Source: Geosiphon pyriformis uo1 | Taxonomy: Eukaryota; Fungi; Glomeromycota | Direction of reading: 5' to 3' | Assembly: GCA_016748015.1 (NCBI GenBank) | Contig: JAAOMT010000474.1 | Coordinates: 54,910-118,909 of the forward strand | DNA length: 64,000 nucleotides | Part shown: positions 54,813 to 64,000 of the stretch, piece after piece | How the letters are laid out: every line of letters begins with the position of its first letter | Numbering within the stretch: the stretch's first letter is position 1 | The notes under the pieces: model-generated | Told to the model about the DNA's origin: nothing | Databases searched by the model: none | What the model saw: only the letters and a program-made list of their open reading frames with translations | Program-made: the position numbers and the translations under genes

Positions 54813-55792
54813 TGTTACTGGAGGTTTTTGGTCTCTTCTTAGCTCTTGTAAACTGTGTTGTAATGCTGTTAATTCATGCTTATGGGAAGTGCTTGAACCT
54901 CTGATAACTGAATCTATTTCTTCAAATTATCTCCTATAATTTGAACTGCTGGGCTTATAAGTGGAATAGCCAATTCTGTGCCAATTACTTTATGTAATTA
55001 TGTTGTAGTAAATGTCAATTCTTTCTCAGGAATTGCTTGTCTAAAAGCTCACTAAAAATATGTAGTTACTTTGTTGTGAAAGTCAACTCTTCTACAGGAA
55101 TCTCGTCTGTAGGCTATCCTAATGATTATAATAAGAAATAAAAGAAAATAAAAGAAATGTAAAAGAAATTGAATTCTGTTAAGGGAAACGTTTTCTATTC
55201 AGGCCTGGAGTCATTAACAGTTTACTGAAATTGGTAGCTAATCAATTTCAAAATGTTAGTTGGGATTTTTAGGTGTTATTGCAAGTGTAATAATTAAGAA
55301 TTTGATTTTTCAAATTGATATTTATTTCGTTTTTGTGTGTATAGAAATAATTCTAATTACTAAATCTAAAGTAAGATACATTTTCTCGAAAAGAGAAGCT
55401 CCTTTTTTATACAACTTGTCGTAACACTATTCTATGAACTTGAACTTTTGCTATTTCTACAATTTCGCTGAACTAAAGATACATTTCAGCAAACTACAAG
55501 TTATTTCTGCGAACTATTAGATATTTTAGTGAACTATCAATTATTTCGACAAATTTCTACAAATTTTGGCAAACTTTTAAATGTTACATAGTTTGGGGTA
55601 TTGCATGATTGATTGTCGCAGTTAGATTACATTTGTATTATGTACAACTTGGATTATTAATTAAATAATAATTTCGGATATTTTGCTAATATAATAAGTG
55701 ATAATTTGAAATGATAATATATGCTAATTAATGATAGGAATTTATAAGGGTAATTTTATGCTAAATAATATCTCTAATTTTATCTGGTAACA
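54813..55792 (-). repeat. Element H 3' LTR
   Basis: TGTTAC...GGTAACA, matches 63718-64000. Confidence 0.92.
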
Positions 55793-55826
55793 TAACCTCC
55801 TCCTCAAGACTGAGCTCCGTCAAAAT

Positions 55827-56484
55827 TCAAGTACTGTCTGTAATTTCCAGATAGTAGTCCAAAATGATTGAAGAAATTTAGTCTGAAAATTGTTGAAATT
55901 TCAGTTCTGTGAGCTTTCCAATGTATTGAATCTTCAAGGGTTGTAAAATTGGGTTTTGTAAGACATTTTCACAGGTGTAAAATAGGTTATAAAGTCTAAG
56001 AGCAGCTCTTAGTTTATAGTGGCTGTTTGTAGGTCCAGCTGTTGTCTTGAATTTGTTGTAGAGTTGTTTCTGAATAACTTCTTTTGTAAGGTTTGCTGCT
56101 ATAAGCTCCAGTTTTCATTTGTTCATAAAGTGTTTTTCTAATGTAAAAATATCTATATATTGGGGGGTATTTGCTGTTTTCCTCATTAAGACACAGTTGA
56201 AATTTTTGTTAAACAGTAGCATTTGGTGGAATACTAATAGGGATGAGCAATAAGTTTTCTCTTAAAGCAAGCTTTAAAAGTTCTGGTAGATGAATTCCAG
56301 AATAACTTCTTGTGTCCTTTTTATAGGGGTAATACTTTCATGAATCTGGGGCTAGATTTGTAACTATTTCTGTTTGGGTATAATTAATATGTTTTCCTGT
56401 AATAGTAATAAATAATTCGGGTATTGTCTTTAAAGCTAGCATTAATTTTTGAAATAATTGTTAAATGTTTTGAGGGATAGTCAT
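55827..56484 (-). pseudogene. Element H accessory ORF3
   Basis: MTIPQNI*QLFQKLMLALKTIPELFITITGKHINY...KLRAALRLYNLFYTCENVLQNPILQPLKIQYIGKLTEL...YYLEITDST*. It has stops and at least one indel. Confidence 0.72.
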
Positions 56485-56639
56485 TATAAAGGAATTGAAA
56501 TGAAAGAAAAATAAATTGAAATTATTTTTGGTGTGTGGGTTTTTATGTTTATTTTTGATTTTGTTTTCAGTGTTTTTGTTATGTTTTTGTGGAATCATTT
56601 CTAAATTATAAGAGAATAACTATAGTAAATTTAAATTAA

Positions 56640-59600
56640 GTGTTCAAGTTAAGAGGTTGTTCAATAACAACTATTGGTTCTAAGTTTCAGGGAATATCTT
56701 TAGGATTGATTAAAGAAGAATGTGTACCAATTTGTGGAATTAATGGTTCAAGATTGTTTCTGGAATTATACTGTTTCAAACAATCTCCATGTGCAACTTT
56801 TGCTAAGATTTTGTTATCAAGTTTTAGCTTGTATAATTCATTGCCTAGAACTTCATAGATAAAGAATGGTCCATTCTATTTATTTTCAAATTTTCCACTC
56901 TATTGTTTTTCAGTCTTAGTTCTATGTAAGAGAACCTTGTTTCTAACTTTAAATTTGTTGGTAACTGGTGGCAATTTGTTGTTATGCCATTCTTTTTGTT
57001 GAGCTTGGGAGTGTTCAATGTGGGTTGCTGCTATTTGTTGTTTTCCTTCTAATGTGCTAAGCAGCGTGTAGGCTTTTTGTTATAGTGTTTCTTAAAAGTT
57101 GTCTTCATTAATTGGCTGTACTGGGTATGTTTCCACCATGAAACTAATTGGTAACGTTGCTGTTCTTCTATAGGTTAAATCAAATGGTGTGTGTTTTGTG
57201 GTATCTTGTTTTAGTGTTCTATATGCTAATAATACTGATGGAATAAAGATATCTCATTCTTGTTCAAAATCAGTTGAGACTTTGGCTAATAACTCACATA
57301 ATGTTCTGTTAAAATGTTCTACAAGTCTATTTGTTTGTGGATAGTAGGGCGAAGACAGAGGTTTTTTGACATTGAACTGTTCACAAATTTCTTGTATCAA
57401 GTTGTTCACAATATGTGTTCCTTGGTTGGATAAAAATTCAATTGGGCATCTATGTCTACAAATAATGTCTTCATAAATGAAGTTTGCTACTGATTTCGTA
57501 TCTGCTTGTTGAATGGCTCTGGCTTTGGGCCATTTGGTAAAATAGTCTACAGCTACTGCAATATAATGATTTCCTTAATTGGTGATAGGTAGTGGTTCAA
57601 CTAAATCGATACCAACTCAGTCAAAAGGCTGTCCAACTTTGATTAGGTTTAAAGGTTTTGTAGGGCGAGTTTCTCTTTTTCTTTGACAATTTTCATAAGA
57701 TTTGACATATTTATGAATGTCTCTTCTCATTTGGGGCCAAAAGTAGTGTTCTAATGTTCTTTGGGTAGTGCTATTTTTTCCTAAATGTGCTGATAAAGGG
57801 TTTGAGTACATGTTGTATAAGATAGTTTCCTTCTCATTTTCCTGTATTAATCTGAGTGGTTTGTCTGAGTTTCTGAAGTTTTGATAATAAATGGTGTTGT
57901 TGTGTAGAAAATATTGTTTGGTTTTTTGTTGTAATTGGTGTTTTTCATCTGAAGACCAATCTGTTGCGATTGTTAGTGTCTCCAAATATTGTTTGAGATT
58001 GTTATAGTTTTCAGAGTTCATTGTTTGTGGCTGTCTTTGTTGGTTGAGTTGAGTGTTGGCTTGTGTTTTTCTAATCATGCCTCATTCTTGAGAGACAGTC
58101 AACATTGGTGTGAAGTTTTTCTGGTTTGTGATGCACTATATATTGATAGTTTGCTAAAAATCCTATCCATCGGGTTTGTTTTGCATTGAGTTAGGTGTTT
58201 TTGTTCTGAAGCCATTTAAGTCCAATATTATCAGTAATAATATCGAATTCTTTGGATCTGAGGTAAAGGTTGAAGTGATATAGGGCCCAGATTACTGCTG
58301 CAATTTTTAATTCCATTGCTGGATAGTTTTTCTTGGCTGGTTTTAGTGTTCTATTGGCGTAAGCAATTACTTGTTCATTTCCATTGTCATCTAACTGTAA
58401 TAGGATGGCACCAAAAAGCAGTATAAGAGGTATCTGTTGCTAACCAAAATTGGTTGCTGAAATCTGGGTAGGCAAGAATTGGAGCTGTTGTGAGTTTTTT
58501 CTTAAGTATTTCGAAGGCATTTTGATGTTCTTCTGTCTATTTGTATTCGACGTTTTTGGTGGTCAGTTGGTTGAGAGGTATTGTGATTTCTGAAAATTCT
58601 TTAATGAATTTTCAATAATAGAATGCTAATTTAATAAATCCTCTTAATTCTGTGATGTTTCAGGAAGTCTTGAAGTTTTTGACTGTGCTGATTTTTGCAG
58701 GGTCAGGTTTAATTCTATCTTTGCTAACAATATGACCAAGAAAGGCCAGACTTGTTTTTCCAAAGTAGCATTTTTTAATGTTCAGTTTCAATTCTGCTTT
58801 TCATAATCATTGAAAAACTTTTTGCAGGTGAATTAAATTTAACTTAAAAGATGGTGAATAAACATCAGTATCATCTAGATAGACAACTACTGATTTCCAA
58901 AGGAGGCCTTTGTATACAACATCCATGAGTCTTTGAAATGTTGCAGGTACATTGTATAATTCAAAAAGCATTATGTTGAACTCGTAATTTTCTCCTTGGG
59001 TGGTGAAAACTGTTTTGGGGCAATCTTTGGGATCCATGGCAACTTGCCAGTATTCGCTTTCTAGATTTAGTGTTGAAAAGTATTTGGACTTTCCAAGGGC
59101 ATCCAACATGTTATCAATTCGGAGAAAAGGGTAGGCATCTCCAATGGTGACACTGTTGAGTTGTTGATAATCAACACAAAATCATATCTTTCCATTTTTC
59201 TTTTTAACTAGGACCACAGGTGAGGCCTATGGGCTCATTGATGGTTGAATAAGCCTGTTGTTAAGCATTTGTTGTACTTCTTCTCTGATAAATTGGTGAC
59301 TTTCTGGAGCAACTCAGTAGGCTTGTTGTTGTCTTGGTTTGGCATTTCTTATATAGATTTGGTGTTGAACCAAATTGGTTCTTCCTAAGTCATTGTTGTT
59401 TTCAGCAAAAATATCAGCAAATTCTGCAATTAGCTCTTTGAGCTGGCTCTGTTGTTGTGGTTCAAGTTGTCTCATGTTGATTCGAGATAGTTTTTCCATA
59501 ACAACATAGTAGTTTTCAGAACTGAAGTTTGGGTTGTTTTTTGGTAGTGAATGTCCAATGATCTCCGAGAAATTGAGAACTGTCTAGGGTAATTCTTGTT

Positions 59601-62600
59601 GAAAGATGTTACTGTAAATGACTCCAATTTCTACATTATTTAATAAAACTATCAGATAATTGTTGAGATTGTAAAAAGTAACTCAGACTTTCTTTGTTCT
59701 TTCTGGAATATAAATGTTTGGGATCGAGATATTATGTTTCAAGCAGATTTGCTTATTGAACTCAAAAATTTGTTGTGTGGTTGTTGGCTTTGGGCAGGTG
59801 TAGATTTCCGGATGTTTTCCAAAGAGTGAAATAGTAATTAGTTGTGGAAGTCATAGAATCTGGTGAGATTCACTTTGTTCATTAAGAGCTATGTTTACTG
59901 GAACTGTAAATTATCCAGTTGAACCAAAACCATTGGTTCCTCTTTGATTGACTAATTGTAAACCCGAAATGTTGATTAAGGGTAAATAAATAGCTTGAGC
60001 AATTTTTTCGGTATGTTTAATTCTAAACGGTTTATCAGTTTCATTTTGTAACATAATTGTGATGTCTCCTGTATATCTGGCATCAATGATTTCTTCTCTA
60101 ATACTGATTCTTTTGCTTGCCAAGGATGATTGAGAAGCAATTTGAATCATTGCTCTTGGTGAGATTTCAAAGGTGATTCTGAAATTGATTTTTGTAAGAG
60201 ATTTGAGAACAAGAATATCCTTGTCTGGATATCTTAGGTCATATCCAGCATTAATTTCATGTGCTTTTTTGGGTTTTATTCCTTGTCTATTGTTGTTAAA
60301 GTATTTGAGTTGTAAGGCAGGCTGATTTTCGATGAAATAGATGGGTGTTGTTTCAATTTCTTCTGTTGCTTCAGGTTCTCCAAATTCAATTTCATTTTCA
60401 TTGTTTTCATTAGGCAGGAGAATGTTAAGAGCATAGCATTTAGGGCACCATTGCTCATCACAAGGCATTATGCATTCTTTACACAATTTAATGTTCATTT
60501 ACTTTAGCCGTTAAGCTTGAGCTTTTTTGGTCAGGTAAGTGTGACTGACAATTTGGTAATATACTTCTATTTCATCTTTGTAGTTGTATCCAGCAATTTC
60601 AAAGATGTATACAATGTATTCTGATTCTTTCATTTGACAAACATTTTTTTGAGTGGCTCCATTGATTAAAGCCATTGCTAGATCAAAAATCATTTCAGCA
60701 TTGTGAGGGTAATGATACAGTTTGTTGAGGGCGCTGTTGTAAGCAGCATCGAAAGGAGTTCCTCTTTTGACTTTTTCTGAAATCGATAAAGCATATTGAC
60801 AGGTTTGATCGCAGACTCCTCCTCTCATTGCTACATCAATCCAATTGTATTCTTCTGGTAGTATATTTCCACAAGTCAAACAAAGGGTGTTGTTCCATTT
60901 TCCACTTCTTTTTATTAGATGACCTCATCATTCTTTGTGACAAGCCTTGCAGTAATAACAAGTATGATTTTTATATTCTTCTTCAGGTAAAATACAGGCT
61001 CCTATTGATAAGAGTTTTTTGTGGTAATCTTTGTATTTGAGTGGAATATAAGAGCATTGTTTCCATGGTTTTGGTTTTAAATAGGGAACATTCCATCTGG
61101 GTGTCACTGGTTTTTTTGTTTTAAGAGGATTGTTTGTTAAAAAATACTGTTGTTCAGTTTCATCAGCCCAATTGGAGGTTGATCCAAGTGCCATAAATGT
61201 TTCAATAATGGGCTTTTCTTCTTCTGGTTCGAATTCAAAAGCCGAGGCTTTTTCAAAGCATTTGTTGAATGTACTACAAGTGGCAGATATCCAGACGTGT
61301 TGTCCTTGATAGAAGATTGTTAACTCTTGTATTTTCCAATTCAGATTAGCATTGGCTTTTTGGAGTCAATCATTTCTGACGAGAGCTTGGTATTGGGGAG
61401 CATTCATTACAAGAACTTTGACTGAAATGGTGATTCCATCAAGAGTAAATAGAAAATTGTCAATTTCTCCTATTAGAGTCTTTTTCATGTCATCAGCAGT
61501 AATGATTACTGTTTGAGCTGATTGGTTGACATTTCTCTTTAACTGTTGCATTAACTGGTAGGTAATAATGCTTCCAGCGGATCCACTGTTTAGGATCAAG
61601 TGAATTGCCTTTCCTTCGACTTCTGCTTTAGTGTACATAGCAGTGATTGCTTTTTGTTTGTTGGCGGCTGCATTGCTAAGCAGGAATGGTAACTTATTTG
61701 CTTCAAACTCAAAAGAGAATATATCTGAAAGGTTGGCATTTTCAGTAATTCTGGCTGGTGGAATTGTGGTAGAAGTATAAAAAGGGTTTTGTTGTGCTGC
61801 AGCTCTACCTTCCGAGAGTGCAGTATGGTAAAAATTCTGTTCTTTAGGTATTGTAAGATAGCTAGGTTGAGTACAATAATAGGTGGATCTTGGCTGAACT
61901 GGATTTTGGGGAATTAATTGGTTATTTAGATTGATTTTGTTGTTGTTTGTTGCGAATCAGTTTTATGGTGCAAATTGGTTTTGTTAAACCAATCTTCAAA
62001 CAGATACTTGGTAATGTTGAATGGGTTGTCAATACTGTTGTTGCATTGGCTGTGGAGCAGGTTGATAGTAGTTGGTTTGATATTGTGGTCTTGGTGGATA
62101 GTAAGCTGGTAGTAGTGATGGTTGATAATAAGATTGTTGTGGTGAAGGGTAACGTTGATTACTCCTGTTTTGTTGGTCTTGTTATAGCTTTCTGCAATCT
62201 CTTTTCCAATGGCCAGAGATTCCACAGTAATGGCAATTCTGAGGCTGGTTATTAAAGGATGATATGAAGTTGTTTTGATTTCGTTTTTGGGGTGGTTGAT
62301 ATCTTTGGGGTTGCTATTGTTGTTGGTTGGTGAAATAGTTTTCAACTTTCTTTGTAAGTTGGTCAATTTTCTCTTCAGCTGCTAAGCTGGTTTCTCCAAT
62401 AGCTAAGTTCACGAGTTTTGTATGATTGGCTTTTTCTATGGCCATTTCATATCTTTTTGCATGCTGAATGGCAGAGTTTAAATCTTCTGGGACATGTGGA
62501 CAAACTTTTTTAATTAGTTTATCCTTTAAACCAGCGATAAATTGTTCCAAGATTTGAGCATCAGAATAATAATCATTTGTTTCGAGTTGGCGAATTCATC

Positions 62601-63672
62601 TAAGAAGTTTGTTAAATTTCCCAATATAAGTCATAACAGATTCGGAGGGTTTTTGTTTGATATTTCGAAAACAATTACGAAGGGTGATAGAGGTATTATT
62701 GTCAGTAAACTGTTCAAGAAAGGCTGCTTTGAAAGCATTCCAATCATTGAATGGGACAGCCAAGTTTTTAAACCATTCTTCTGCTGTTCCTTTAAGAAAG
62801 TAAAGAATTGTTCTTAACATTCTGGCAGCATTCCATCCATTTGCATCTCCAGCTTTAGTAACTTGGTCGAGCCATTCTTGGGGACTGGTCTTAATATCTT
62901 CTCTATTGAATTCAGGGATTTTTGCAATGTATGTTGTCATTTTATCTTCTTTGTTTCCACTGTCTATTGATTCTTCTTCAGTTATTTCAGAGTTGTTTTC
63001 TTTGTTTGCTGCTGTCTCAGAGTGTTCACTTTGATTTTCAGCTAGAAAATCAAGGAGATTGGAACTAGTTTGAAGGGGTTTTTGTTGTCTGATAGGACTT
63101 CTGAATGATGTAAAATCTTCTGGTCTTGCAAATCAATTCAAGGGTGAATTAGGTGTTTGTGCTTATACAAGTGAAGCTAGAAAAGATGTGATAGTAAGTG
63201 GAAGTTTTGAACTGGTTCCTTGTTTAGATGTTTGTAAATGTTTGGCAATTGTTTTTGGTAGTGTTGGAGTATTTGGGGTGGTTCTTGAATATTGCTTTAA
63301 TTTGTTTTTGTCTTTGTTGCTTGTTTCTGTTTCCAATTCAAAATCAATAGTGTATTGAGACTGTACTGGATATGTTTCTTCACAGTATTTGATAATGTTA
63401 AAATTAAGTTCGTGAAAGTAAGTGGCAAGTGTTTCACTGTTAAGGTTTTCAGTTCCCAACTGTGAATAGTGTGTTAAATTATTGTAAAAGTTGCTTCTAA
63501 CTTCTGAGATATTGTAATTTTCAAAAAGATAATTGTTGATGCAGTTTTCAATGTATTGGTATACTGATCTCTTGACAACTTCAATTCTGTCTGGAATGTT
63601 GAATCTTTGCTTGCAGTGGGTGTAAATTGATTGGTAATACTCTAGAGTTGTTGTGTCTGGTGTGGTCACCAC
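56640..63672 (-). pseudogene. gag-pol: Element H single-ORF gag-pol: N-terminal domain, capsid, zinc knuckle, protease, Cys-rich domain, dUTPase, RT, RNase H, integrase (GPY/F, no chromodomain)
   Basis: Nine ORF-track fragments from 63672 to 58807 share one frame. Motifs: IPEFNRED..PQEWL, CHYCGISGHWKRDC, LILNSGSAGS, AGYDL...GFGSTG, YLDD, NGPFFI. Confidence 0.93.
59911..60275 (-). pseudogene. dut: dUTPase domain of element H
   Basis: AGYDLRY, SQSSLASK, IIDARYTGDI, EKIAQAI and RGTNGFGSTG: all five trimeric dUTPase motifs. Confidence 0.93.
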
Positions 63673-63717
63673 TTTGAAGTTGTTTTTGCTGTGTTGTTTC
63701 CATGAGAGAGCACCAAA

Positions 63718-64000
63718 TGTTACCAGAGATTTTTGGTCTCTTTTCTTAAATGTTGTTGATGCTTGTTTGCTGTGAATTCACATTTTCTGGATGTGGTTGA
63801 ACCTTCAATAACTGAATTTATCTTCAAATTATCTCCTATAATTTGAACTGCTGGGCTTATAAGTGGAATGGCCAATTCCGTGCCAGTTACTTTATGTAGT
63901 TATGTTGTAGTAAACATCAACTCTTTCCCAGGAATTGCTTGTCTGGAAGCTCACTAAAATGTATAGTTACTTTGCTGTGAAAGTCAACTCTTCTACAGAA
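63718..64000 (-). repeat. Element H 5' LTR (partial)
   Basis: Starts TGTTACC next to the PBS and aligns with 54813-55098. Confidence 0.92.

Larger units (their letters stand above)
54813..64000 (-). mobile_element. Near full-length Ty3/gypsy element H, the youngest of the nest; 5' LTR runs off the window
   Basis: 3' LTR 54813-55792, PPT GAGGAGGAGGTTA, ORF3, gag-pol, PBS TTTGGTGCTCTCTCATGG (63700-63717), and 5' LTR from 63718. Confidence 0.95.

Noticed and set aside
55827-56484. ORF3 as an envelope gene
   Set aside because: It is short, and no signal peptide, fusion peptide or transmembrane anchor is evident by eye.
59911-60498. Host or horizontally acquired stand-alone dut gene
   Set aside because: It is in frame within the retrotransposon polyprotein and present at the same position in six elements.
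1-64000. Alternative genetic code explaining the many stops
   Set aside because: TAA, TAG and TGA all occur, at different positions in different copies, and derive from Gln/Arg/Trp codons by transitions alongside abundant missense transitions. This is decay, not recoding.

Overview
This is AT-rich eukaryotic repeat DNA with no intact host gene. It is probably fungal: the elements resemble ones I recall from Glomeromycotina such as Geosiphon, which I have not verified. The window is a stack of nested, mutationally eroded retroelements. Left: a minus-strand LINE (ORF1; ORF2 with APE, RT, RNase H and a Cys/His tail) is split by Ty3/gypsy element A (9623-28378). A is itself split by a solo LTR (12119-12997) and by full-length element B (14651-24653); all three insertions have recognisable 4-bp TSDs. 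An apparently identical 2.7-kb duplication around an N-gap (4242-9683) is most likely an assembly artefact. Middle: an extremely AT-rich relic zone (about 28.9-32.2 kb). Right: a six-deep nest of gypsy elements, C < D < E < F < G < H, whose closing halves lie beyond the window. Where the relevant parts survive, the gypsy elements share an unusual architecture: a helical N-terminal domain usually opened by a conserved GTG, then Gag, protease, a roughly 200-aa multi-CxxC domain, dUTPase, a second dUTPase-like segment, RT, RNase H and integrase, all apparently one ancestral ORF. A conserved accessory ORF3 of about 210 aa follows and runs up to the PPT. Decay is almost entirely C>T/G>A transitions in all dinucleotide contexts, with the outermost full element far more eroded than the innermost. 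Coordinates and alignments were done by eye and domain boundaries are approximate.
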